Shown here one piece after another: positions 14,485 through 22,767 of a stretch of 32,000 nucleotides of DNA (position 1 is the first letter of the stretch; the number at the start of each line of letters is the position of its first letter). Where the stretch lies: positions 1-32,000 of the forward strand of contig JACPWU010000004.1 of NCBI GenBank assembly GCA_016196885.1. The letters run 5' to 3'. The notes under the pieces are model-generated. The model saw nothing but the letters and a program-made list of their open reading frames with translations, was not told the DNA's origin and searched no databases. The translations under genes and the position numbers were made by a program. This DNA is from Chlamydiota bacterium (GTDB lineage Bacteria > Auribacterota > JACPWU01).

Positions 14485-14669
14485 TAGAGCGCATTTCTCA
14501 TCACATTTCTGCTGCTCTTCTCCGATTCCGCCTCGTCTCTCCGTGCAGACTCGGTCGGCCACGCTCAACATACTGTAAAGTATGCCTCGCATGGCACGGA
14601 GCGTCTTCCTCGCATCCAAAGCGGACTCAGGCGTTCCTCGCGACGAAATCTGATGAGAAATGCGAGCTA
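14485..14669 (+). mobile_element. MITE-like 185-bp element, copy 2
   Basis: Same length and orientation as 6872-7056, differing only in three short patches and a few point changes. TIRs tagagcgcatttctcatca / tgatgagaaatgcgagcta. Confidence 0.7.
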
Positions 14670-14696
14670 GAGGGGGTAGAAGTTCCGGGTCTGTAC

Positions 14697-14750
14697 CTCC
14701 CCCAACCCCTCCTCAACGAATAGCCCCTTTGGGGTACAAAGGAGGGGAGA
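14697..14750. repeat. C-tract/G-tract nested hairpin element
   Basis: cccctcct (14706-14713) pairs with aggagggg (14740-14747). An inner hairpin cccc-ttt-gggg lies at 14724-14734. Confidence 0.55.
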
Positions 14751-14804
14751 CTGGACTTTCATCACTCACGATGATTCTCAAAAATCATGTTTGATTAATT
14801 GAAG

Positions 14805-15197
14805 TTAAAGCTTTGTTCCAGAAAAAGACTTGGTGACCGTAACCCCATCCAAAGTGGTTTTCTGGGTTCCGGCAAAGGTCTGCCCACTCGCATCAAAGGT
14901 GAAACTCATGGAAAGGCTGAATGTTTCTCCCTCTACCGTGACGGTTTGAGCCGGGACTGTCACAGTGCTTCCTGAAACGGTTCCCGTCGTTGTAAGGGCA
15001 AGAGTTTTATCGGTGATCACCATTTGACTTCCGCTCTGACTTAAGCTCCAGAGATGGGTTTCTGAAACGCCTGCCTCTGTAAAAGTCACGTTATAATTGC
15101 CTGAAAAGTCTGCTGCGGGGCCTTCTGTATCATTGTCGCAACCCGTGATAAGGAGAGCAAAAAGGGTCATGGCTGCCCCTATTTTTGTGATTCGCAT
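14805..15197 (-). CDS. Small Thr/Ser-rich lipoprotein, function unknown
   Basis: Lipobox LLITGC follows a hydrophobic signal. ATG at 15197 has an upstream aaagga SD; the track ORF extends to a TTG at 15206. Confidence 0.6.
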   Translation of the reverse strand: MRITKIGAAMTLFALLITGCDNDTEGPAADFSGNYNVTFTEAGVSETHLWSLSQSGSQMVITDKTLALTTTGTVSGSTVTVPAQTVTVEGETFSLSMSFTFDASGQTFAGTQKTTLDGVTVTKSFSGTKL

Positions 15198-15443
15198 GTT
15201 GCTCAAATCCTTTCCCTCTTTCCCTTTTAATTTGGGAGAGCTACTCTATAATGAACAAGGAAAGAGGGTCAAGTTCATTGTGTTTCTTTGTCCGCGATCA
15301 ATTTGCGAATGATTTCTGATGCCTTTAAATGTCCTTTCTGGTTCCAGTGCCCGTCATTTTTGAAATGATACTGCAATTGTAAAGGTCAGAGTAGGCGGCG
15401 AGCCCTTTTCTGGCGGGCTAAAAGTTTACGAATATGAATCCCT

Positions 15444-17261
15444 TCAAATGCGAGGCGTTCCTTCTAATGCTTCTTTACGCGATTGCAGTTGATAAAGCTT
15501 AGCATAAATTCCTTTTTTGGAAAGCAGTGTGGAGTGTGTTCCCATTTCGACAAGTTCTCCATGATGAAGAACCAGGATGCGACTCACGCTTTTTAAGGTA
15601 GCCAGGCGATGAGCGATAATGAACACCGTGCGGTTTTGAAAAGCCTCTTTCGAAATCCGTTCAATCCATTTTTCTGTCAAGGAATCCATGTGAGCGGTGG
15701 CTTCATCCAAAATGAGAATGGAGGGATTTTGAACGAGCGTTCGAATGAAGGCAATCATTTGACGCTCACCACTGGACAGATTCGCCCCCTTTTCAAAGAT
15801 TTCCTTTTTCAAGAAAAGGGGGCCTGACTCAAAGGGAGCCCTTGCAAAATCGGGCAGGGCCTGAAAGATTTCTCGTCCTTTTTCATCCCAAAGAAAAATA
15901 TTTTCTTCCACAGTACCTGAGAAAAGAAAAGGTTCTTGCTGAATGTAACCAATCTTTTGTCGGAGCATGCGTTTATCGGAAGTTTCAGAAATGTTTTTTC
16001 CATCGATGAGAATTTCTCCTTGCTCCAGGTCATAAAATTGCATGAGAAGATGAACAAGGGTCGTTTTCCCTGCACCTGTGTACCCAACGATTCCGATTTT
16101 CTCTCCCGCCTCGATGCAAAAATTCAGATTCACCAAGACCCAAAGAGACTCTTTTTCTTGTGAATAACGAAAAGAGACATTTTGAAATTCAATGGATCCT
16201 TGTAGGGAAAGTTTTTCTATTTGAGTTTCTTGCGGACGAATTTGTTTTTCGAGCGGCCGATCCAGAAATTCAAAGATACGTTCGCAGGAGGTCATGGCCG
16301 TGAGAAAGAGATTGTATTTTTCCGTGATGTCTCGAATCGGTGAATAAAGAGAATGGAGGTAAGCCATGAATGAGACCAGCATTCCGAGTGAAATGGAATT
16401 TTTTAAAGAGAGGAAACCTCCGTACCAAATTAAAAGCAACATGGAAAGACTGCTTAAGAAAGTAATGGTGGGCTGAAAATAGGCGAAGGATTCAAGGGTC
16501 TTGATTTGGGTTCGTGTGTAATCTTTAGAAGTGCGGTCGAAAAGATCATGAAATGTTTTTTGACGGTTGAAAATTTGAATGAGACTCATGCCTGAAATAT
16601 TTTCGGCGAGCGTTGCATTCAGTTGAGAAAGGGCCTGTCGGGAATCTCGAGCCGTTTCTCGAATCCTTCGGCCAAAAAATCTTGAGAAAAAGGCCATGAT
16701 GGGAAAAACACTTACGCAAATGAGGCCCAGGGAGGGATGAAGAACCATGAGCCAAACGATGATTCCCGCAACCACACAAATATTTCCAAGCGTGACCGCC
16801 AGGCCGCTCGTGAAGAGGTCTTGGAGGCTTGAAGTGTCATTCACCAAGCGGGTGACCAGTCTCCCAATGGGATTTTGGTTAAATTCATGAAGCGGATAGA
16901 ATTGATATTGTTTCAAGAGATCCTGTCTTAGGTCATGAATCACCTCTTGACCCAATTTCGTGAAGCTCAAGTTTTGAAAATAGGTGGCGAGGGCATTGAG
17001 GGCATCAAGGGTCAAAAGGATGAATCCAAAAGGTAAGAGGAGCGCCGCTTTTTTGGGAAGGAGGGCAAGGTCCACAGCTTTTCCCAAAAGCCAGGGAATG
17101 GAAAGAGAGGCCCCCGTGGTAAAAAAAACCAATGAGAGGCTGACGATAAAAAGTTTTCGATATTTTGTGATATAAGGCCAAAGCCTTTTTGTGAAAAGTT
17201 CGAAGACTTTAAGACGGAGCCTATTTTCTGGACCAGAGTCGTCAGGATCTTGCCAGTTCAT
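15444..17261 (-). CDS. ABC exporter, fused permease/ATPase (type I exporter half-transporter)
   Basis: 605 aa with a 6-TM N-terminal half, Walker A GYTGAGKTT, signature LSSGERQ and Walker B ILILDEA. Confidence 0.9.
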   Translation of the reverse strand: MNWQDPDDSGPENRLRLKVFELFTKRLWPYITKYRKLFIVSLSLVFFTTGASLSIPWLLGKAVDLALLPKKAALLLPFGFILLTLDALNALATYFQNLSFTKLGQEVIHDLRQDLLKQYQFYPLHEFNQNPIGRLVTRLVNDTSSLQDLFTSGLAVTLGNICVVAGIIVWLMVLHPSLGLICVSVFPIMAFFSRFFGRRIRETARDSRQALSQLNATLAENISGMSLIQIFNRQKTFHDLFDRTSKDYTRTQIKTLESFAYFQPTITFLSSLSMLLLIWYGGFLSLKNSISLGMLVSFMAYLHSLYSPIRDITEKYNLFLTAMTSCERIFEFLDRPLEKQIRPQETQIEKLSLQGSIEFQNVSFRYSQEKESLWVLVNLNFCIEAGEKIGIVGYTGAGKTTLVHLLMQFYDLEQGEILIDGKNISETSDKRMLRQKIGYIQQEPFLFSGTVEENIFLWDEKGREIFQALPDFARAPFESGPLFLKKEIFEKGANLSSGERQMIAFIRTLVQNPSILILDEATAHMDSLTEKWIERISKEAFQNRTVFIIAHRLATLKSVSRILVLHHGELVEMGTHSTLLSKKGIYAKLYQLQSRKEALEGTPRI

Positions 17262-19026
17262 CTTCTATCCTTTGCAGTTCAAGAAGTTCTCGATAAAGTC
17301 CGGGCGTCTTCGCCAAATTTAGAGGCATGCCTGTTTGAATCAGCACCCCTTCTTTAAACACCAAAATTTGGTCGAAGTCCCAGAGTTTTGAAAGGCGATG
17401 GGTGATAAGAATTAAGGTTTGGTTTCGAGATAATTTTTCATGAGAGAGGTGGTGTAAGATTTCTGATTCTGTATGAGAGTCTACACTGGAGAGCGCGTCA
17501 TCTAAAATCAAAAGAGGGGCATCTACGGCCAGGGCCCGGGCCAAGGTCACCCGGGCTCTTTCACCTCCCGAAAGCGTAAGCCCTCGTTCACCCATTTTGA
17601 GGTCCAAATTCCATCGTCCCGCTTCTTTGTCCAACCCGGAACGTTTCAAAAGTTCAAAAAGCCAAACATCCCCTTTCATTTCAGGAAAGGGCCCCCCCAT
17701 TAAAATATTCCATCTCAAGGTTTCTCTGAATAGAAAAACATCTTGGGGGACAAAAGCAATTTTCTTTCTTCGTTCTTCCAGAGGAAGTTTCGAAAAATCG
17801 CTGCCTTCCCAGAAAATCATGTGGGGAGGTGTTTCATGAAGGCCCGCCAAAAGGCGAATCAACGTACTTTTGCCGGACCCGATGGTTCCAACGATGGCGG
17901 TGCGACTTCCTTTCTGAATTTGAAAGTTGATGTTTTGAAGTACAGGGCGGGATGAACCAAGATAGGTGAAAGTCAAATGACGTACTTCTAAAAAGGGAGC
18001 ATTTATCTGAGAAGGGATTGAGAATGCGTTACCCTCAGAAGTCTTATTTTCTTCTTTCTCTTGCAACACTTGGCAAATTCTCTCCAAAGAAGTTTTTCCG
18101 CGTTGATAATAGGTGACACTGAGTCCAAAGGCAGTCATGGGCCAGACGAGTTGATCGAGATAACGGGTGAAGGCCGCAAAAGTTCCGAGGCTGATGGAGC
18201 CCATGATCACGTCTTTACCGGCAAAAATCAAAAGAGAGACCAGGCCCAGTGAAACGGCCAATGTGAAAAGAGGGTCGAAAGCGGCCTGGGCGCGGGCGAG
18301 CTTTAAATTGAGACGGACGAATTCTTTTCCGATTTTTGAGAAGCGATTCAATTGTGTCCATTCTCGTGTGAAGGCCTTGATGATGCGAATCCCTTCTAAA
18401 TTTTCTTGAGAGAAGGCACAGAGTTTCGAAAATTGATTTTGAACTTTTTCAAAACGTTCGTGAATCAACTTTTCGATCCGGGTGATGATGAAAGGAACCA
18501 TGAGCATGGGGGCTAGGGAGAGGAAGGCCAATTTATAGGATAAGATAAACAGGGTGGGTGGAATGCTCATGAGAAAGAAGGTGGCATCCGCCAAGACCAG
18601 CAATCCTGGGCCCAAGGCAAAGCGGACCGCTTCGGTGTCATTGGTGGCCAAAGACATCAAATCTCCGATCGTGTTCCGATTGTAAAAAGAGGGGGGTAGC
18701 TTTTGAAGTTTAGAAAAATAATCGTCCCGGATTTTTTCCGCTACTTTAAAAGAGCCTCTCATCAGAAACATACGCCAAAAATATCGGCAAATGCTTTGGC
18801 CGATAGCGATGGTGATATAGGCCACCCCGAGCCAAAGGAAGGGAGAGAAATGTTTCTCTCCTTTTAAGGCAAGTGAGGCCCGATCAATAAATTCTTTTAA
18901 TACAAGAGGAGGGAGGATTTGTAGAAAATCCACAATAAAGAGGGTGAGAATGCCAAAGGCAAATTCTCGCTTATAGGGTTTAGCATAGTGATAAAGAGTT
19001 TTAAGTGTTTGTGAAAAAGTTATCAT
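17242..19026 (-). CDS. ABC exporter, fused permease/ATPase; probable heterodimer partner
   Basis: Start taken at ATG 19026 (MITFSQTLKTLYHYAKPYK). Walker A GTIGSGKST, signature LSGGERAR and Walker B LLILDDA. 20-nt overlap with the downstream ABC gene. Confidence 0.85.
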   Translation of the reverse strand: MITFSQTLKTLYHYAKPYKREFAFGILTLFIVDFLQILPPLVLKEFIDRASLALKGEKHFSPFLWLGVAYITIAIGQSICRYFWRMFLMRGSFKVAEKIRDDYFSKLQKLPPSFYNRNTIGDLMSLATNDTEAVRFALGPGLLVLADATFFLMSIPPTLFILSYKLAFLSLAPMLMVPFIITRIEKLIHERFEKVQNQFSKLCAFSQENLEGIRIIKAFTREWTQLNRFSKIGKEFVRLNLKLARAQAAFDPLFTLAVSLGLVSLLIFAGKDVIMGSISLGTFAAFTRYLDQLVWPMTAFGLSVTYYQRGKTSLERICQVLQEKEENKTSEGNAFSIPSQINAPFLEVRHLTFTYLGSSRPVLQNINFQIQKGSRTAIVGTIGSGKSTLIRLLAGLHETPPHMIFWEGSDFSKLPLEERRKKIAFVPQDVFLFRETLRWNILMGGPFPEMKGDVWLFELLKRSGLDKEAGRWNLDLKMGERGLTLSGGERARVTLARALAVDAPLLILDDALSSVDSHTESEILHHLSHEKLSRNQTLILITHRLSKLWDFDQILVFKEGVLIQTGMPLNLAKTPGLYRELLELQRIEDELARS

Positions 19027-19142
19027 GATTTCTAACTCCCCCAACCAGACTGTCCGAAAATTTCCCTCCCCCTTGCGACCGAGCCGGGTGCCGCAAAGCG
19101 GCCGGCGAGGAAGTGGTCGGAGCCCGTCAGGGCGCAAACCAT

Positions 19143-19327
19143 GGGGAGGGTTAGGGAGGGGGTGGATTTCTAAAATCAAATATCAAAAATCAAAAATCAA
19201 AATGACAATGTAAAATTTAAAATGTTTCTGGATTCTAAGCATATATAAAATTTTGCATTTTGGTATTTACATTTTGATTTTTGATATATTTTCCACCCTC
19301 CCCTAACCCCTCCCATCTAGGGAGGGG
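19143..19327. repeat. Large imperfect palindrome with G4-type G-tracts and AT-rich heptamer arrays
   Basis: The left arm is ggggagggttagggaggggg followed by (AAAATCA-type) x4. The right arm is TTTTGAT x2 followed by ccaccctcccctaacccctccc. The terminal hairpin is cccctccc-atcta-gggagggg. Confidence 0.75.
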
Positions 19328-19360
19328 AAAAACAGCATTTTCGGCCCAGCCTGCGGTACC

Positions 19361-19398
19361 TCCCCTCTTATTTTTTAAGAGGGGACAGAGGGGAGTTA
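19361..19398. repeat. CCCCTCTT/AAGAGGGG hairpin element with a GGGGAGTTA tail, copy A
   Basis: tcccctcttattttttaagaggggacagaggggagtta. A second copy lies at 26761-26793. Confidence 0.7.
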
Positions 19399-19549
19399 AT
19401 TCTCCTTAAAGTATTCAAACATAGAACCCGAAAGAGAGACCCAATGTCAAGCAGGGAATCATTACATTTTATATTGAAACTCTGGATGGGATTCGATATG
19501 ATTCGGGCTCTTTTTAGAAATTAAACCCTTTAAAAGCAGGAGGCGGGCA

Positions 19550-20257
19550 GTGAAAAACGCAAGATCATTTTTGTTGGGTTTGGGGCTTATGATGATGGTA
19601 GGGCAGTCCTTGGCCTTGGGAGCAACTTTAACAGGAAAGGTCCATTTAGAGGGAACCCCTCCTCCCCAGGAAAAAATTAAGATGGATGCAGACCCGGTGT
19701 GTCAAATGCAGCATAGCTCGGATGTTTTTGCCGAGAGATGGGTGGTGAATGGGAATGGGACCCTTCGCAATGTTCTCATCTATATAAAGGAAGGATTGGG
19801 CGATAAAACTTTTCCTGCCCCCAGTGAGCCTGTGGTTCTGGATCAGAAGGGATGCCAGTATCATCCCCATGTCATGGGAATTCAGGTGGGTCAGACTTTG
19901 AAAATCGTCAACAGCGATGACACATTGCACAATGTTCATGGGAAAACCAAAGAAATGTCGCTCTTTAACTTGGCCATGCCCTTTAAAGGGTTGGAACTGG
20001 AACAGAAATTTGAAAAGGCAGACATGATTAAATTTGTGTGTGAAGTTCATCCTTGGATGGCTGCCTATGCAGGGGTATTTAATCATCCTTTTTTTGCGGT
20101 CTCGGGGGAGGATGGCAGTTTCGAAATTAAGAATTTGCCTGCAGGGACTTATGGGGTTGAGGCCTGGCATGAAAAGTTGGGCACTCAGACTCAGAATGTG
20201 ACCGTGACAGAGACAGATTCTAAGGCTGTGGATTTTTCTTTCAAGGTGACTGAATAG
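19550..20257 (+). CDS. Secreted cupredoxin-like (type-1 copper motif) protein with carboxypeptidase-regulatory-like beta-sandwich signatures
   Basis: GTG start 7 nt after aggagg, with a signal peptide. The C-x2-H-x2-M motif (CEVHPWM) resembles amicyanin CTPHPFM, with an upstream HNVHG. Also shows GSFEIKNLPAGTYGVEAW. Confidence 0.55.
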   Translation: MKNARSFLLGLGLMMMVGQSLALGATLTGKVHLEGTPPPQEKIKMDADPVCQMQHSSDVFAERWVVNGNGTLRNVLIYIKEGLGDKTFPAPSEPVVLDQKGCQYHPHVMGIQVGQTLKIVNSDDTLHNVHGKTKEMSLFNLAMPFKGLELEQKFEKADMIKFVCEVHPWMAAYAGVFNHPFFAVSGEDGSFEIKNLPAGTYGVEAWHEKLGTQTQNVTVTETDSKAVDFSFKVTE

Positions 20258-20286
20258 TTTTTTCTGAACGCTAGACGCTGAACGCT

Positions 20287-20955
20287 ATGTTGAATTGGTG
20301 GCTTCCAGAAGGTATTTCAACCTACAGTGGCAAGGTGGATGGTATTTTTTACATCATCTTGGCCATCACGGGTCTCATGTTCTTTTTGGTAGAAGGGGCC
20401 ATTCTTTTCTTTTGCCTTCGCTATCGTCATACCCAGCACGCGAAAGCCACTTTTGTAGAGGGGAATACCAAGCTGGAAGTGATTTGGACATTGATTCCAG
20501 CTGCAATTCTCATTTTCCTGATGTTTAAAAGTCAAGGGGTGTGGAGCGAGATGAAATCTCACATGCCCGCGAATCCGGATCTTCACATCGAGGTGACGGC
20601 TCAACAATTTGCCTGGAATATTCATTATCCGGACTCCGAAGTGACCACCTTGAATCAATTGCATATCCCTGTCGGGAAAAAAGTTTTAGTGCAAGTGACC
20701 TCAAAGGATGTCATTCACAGTTTTTTTATTCCTCAATTTCGCCTGAAGCAAGATGCGGTTCCGGGTTCTAAAATCAATGTCTGGTTCGAAGCCACTCAAG
20801 TGGGCCATTACGAGCTTGTGTGCGCGGAGTTTTGCGGTCTTGCGCATTATCGGATGAGGGGCTATTTGAAAATTGAAACACCTGAGGAATTTCAGGCTTG
20901 GCTCGACCAGTCTAAGAAAGAAGCCGAGAAGAAGGGGGACGAGGATGAGTGGTAA
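20287..20955 (+). CDS. coxB: Cytochrome c oxidase subunit II (no fused cytochrome c domain)
   Basis: 222 aa with two N-terminal TM helices. CuA site: HSFFIP ... CAEFCGLAHYRM. Confidence 0.9.
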   Translation: MLNWWLPEGISTYSGKVDGIFYIILAITGLMFFLVEGAILFFCLRYRHTQHAKATFVEGNTKLEVIWTLIPAAILIFLMFKSQGVWSEMKSHMPANPDLHIEVTAQQFAWNIHYPDSEVTTLNQLHIPVGKKVLVQVTSKDVIHSFFIPQFRLKQDAVPGSKINVWFEATQVGHYELVCAEFCGLAHYRMRGYLKIETPEEFQAWLDQSKKEAEKKGDEDEW

Positions 20956-20960
20956 GGACA

Positions 20961-21023
20961 GTCGTGAGTTGTGAGTCGTGAGGGGTGAGTTTCTTAAAAA
21001 CAGTTATGAGTCGTCGGTCGTGA
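20961..21023. repeat. Two direct blocks of GTNGTGA-type heptamers
   Basis: GTCGTGA GTTGTGA GTCGTGA GGGGTGA at 20961-20988, and GTTATGA GTCGTCG GTCGTGA at 21003-21023. Lies in the coxB-coxA spacer. Confidence 0.8.
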
Positions 21024-21039
21024 GTTTTAGAGGAATAAA

Positions 21040-22665
21040 ATGAAATCGTTCATGCACAAATATGTCTTTTCCACTGATCATAAAATGATCGGTTTGCAAT
21101 TTCTTTTTACCGCCTTTCTTTTCATGCTGTTTGGAGGCCTTTTGGCCATGGCCATCCGATGGCAATTGGCTTGGCCTGGGACAAAATTGCCTGTTCTGGG
21201 GGTGATCATGCCTGAAACCTACAATGTTATTTTTACCATGCACGGCACCTTTATGATTTTCTTTGTGGTCATTGCCATCATGGTGGGTGCCTTTGCGAAT
21301 TTCACGGTCCCTCTTTTAATTGGTGCGCATGACATGGCTTTCCCAAAAATCAACATGGCCTCTTATTGGCTTTTCTTCATCTCTTGTGTGATTATGTTGG
21401 CCAGTTTTTTTGCTCCAGGAGGCGCTGCGGCGACAGGTTGGACGGCTTATGCCCCTGTGAGTGTGAAGGCTCCGATGGGACAGTCCTTATGGTTGATCAG
21501 CCTGATTGTTCTGGGCGTTTCATCCATTTTAGGTTCGTTAAATTATTTGACCACGATTGTGAATTTACGTGCACCGGGCATGCATTTTTTTAGAATGCCC
21601 ATGACGGTTTGGGCCATTTTCATCACGGCGATTCTGGTTCTTCTCGCAACGCCTGTTTTAACAGCGGCTTTGGCCATGCTTCTTTTGGACAGAGTCTTGG
21701 ACACTACCTTTTTCTTGGCCGGAACTGGACAACCCGTTCTTTGGCAACATGTGTTTTGGTTTTATTCTCACCCGGCTGTTTATATTATGATTTTGCCGGC
21801 CATGGGAATTGCTTCTGATGTTCTCTCTGTTTTCTCACGCAAACCTCTTTTTGGATATCATGCCATGGTTTATGCGCTGAGTGCGATTGCAGGATTGGGC
21901 TTTATTGTCTGGGCACATCACATGTTCGCAACGGGGTTGAATCCAACTTTGGGAACTACCTTCATGGTGGCGACCATGTTTATTGCAGTTCCCACGGGCG
22001 TGAAGATTTTTAACTGGTTGGGGACGCTTTGGGGAGGTTCCATCCATTTTTCATCTGCTATGCTGAATGCGATTGCTTTTGTGTCCATGTTTGTCATTGG
22101 CGGTTTGAGCGGGGTTTTTTTGGCCGCTGCTTCTCTCGATATTTATTTGCATGATACTTATTTTGTGGTCGCGCACATCCATTATGTTCTTTTTGGCGGC
22201 AGTCTTTTTGGTATTTTTGCGGGGATTTATTATTGGTATCCCAAAATGTTTGGCCGCATGATGAATGAAAAATTAGGCAAGATCCATTTCTGGCTCACGT
22301 TTGTTTTTTACAATCTAACCTTTTTCCCCATGCATATCATCGGGATTCATGGGATGCCGCGGCGATTCTACGATTACAAACAATATGAATTTTTAAGAGG
22401 CTTGGAACCCTTGCAGCTTCTGATCTCCATCAGTGCCTTTGCCCTTTTTATTTGTCAGCTTCCGTTTGTGTATAATTTCTTTGTGAATCTTTTTGTTGGG
22501 AAAAAAGCGCCCAACAATCCTTGGCAGGCCAATACGCTTGAGTGGACGATTCCCTCGCCCGCGCCTCATTTGAATTACGCTAAAGTCCCCATCGTATATC
22601 GCTGGCCTTATGAATACAGCTTGCCCCATGCCAAAGAGGATTGGCTGGCGCAGGATCAACCGTGA
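21040..22665 (+). CDS. ctaD: Cytochrome c oxidase subunit I, A2-type
   Basis: 541 aa. FWFYSHPAVYIMILP (a YS motif in place of the GHPEVY glutamate) marks the A2 subfamily. Also HHMF and HDTYFVVAHIHYV. Confidence 0.95.
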   Translation: MKSFMHKYVFSTDHKMIGLQFLFTAFLFMLFGGLLAMAIRWQLAWPGTKLPVLGVIMPETYNVIFTMHGTFMIFFVVIAIMVGAFANFTVPLLIGAHDMAFPKINMASYWLFFISCVIMLASFFAPGGAAATGWTAYAPVSVKAPMGQSLWLISLIVLGVSSILGSLNYLTTIVNLRAPGMHFFRMPMTVWAIFITAILVLLATPVLTAALAMLLLDRVLDTTFFLAGTGQPVLWQHVFWFYSHPAVYIMILPAMGIASDVLSVFSRKPLFGYHAMVYALSAIAGLGFIVWAHHMFATGLNPTLGTTFMVATMFIAVPTGVKIFNWLGTLWGGSIHFSSAMLNAIAFVSMFVIGGLSGVFLAAASLDIYLHDTYFVVAHIHYVLFGGSLFGIFAGIYYWYPKMFGRMMNEKLGKIHFWLTFVFYNLTFFPMHIIGIHGMPRRFYDYKQYEFLRGLEPLQLLISISAFALFICQLPFVYNFFVNLFVGKKAPNNPWQANTLEWTIPSPAPHLNYAKVPIVYRWPYEYSLPHAKEDWLAQDQP

Positions 22666-22677
22666 AAATACTATCAA

Positions 22678-22751
22678 CAGTCCACGGTCCATCGTCCATA
22701 GAGATAAATGATTCCTTTAAAACTGTGGACCATGGACTGTGGACCATGGAC
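22678..22751. repeat. Inverted heptamer arrays (NNGTCCA x3 facing NNTGGAC x4)
   Basis: CAGTCCA CGGTCCA TCGTCCA at 22678-22698, facing TGTGGAC CATGGAC TGTGGAC CATGGAC at 22724-22751. Confidence 0.85.
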
Positions 22752-22767
22752 TGGTTGTAGGTTTTGA

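Noticed and set aside
14805-15197. Lipoprotein as a lasso immunity or export component
   Set aside because: Only its position between the cyclase and ABC genes suggests this. It has no recognisable family motif, and a MITE and hairpin element separate it from the cluster.
19148-19156. GGGTTAGGG telomere-like repeat
   Set aside because: It is a single occurrence embedded in a G-tract palindrome within a bacterial gene context, so the resemblance to telomeric repeats is coincidental.
19027-19179. 51-codon N-terminal extension of the ABC exporter ORF (MILEIHPLPNPPHGLRPDGLRP...)
   Set aside because: It is encoded by GC-rich repeat and G-tract sequence and is Pro/Arg/Gly-rich low complexity. The conserved exporter N-terminus begins at MITFSQTLKTLYHY (ATG 19026).
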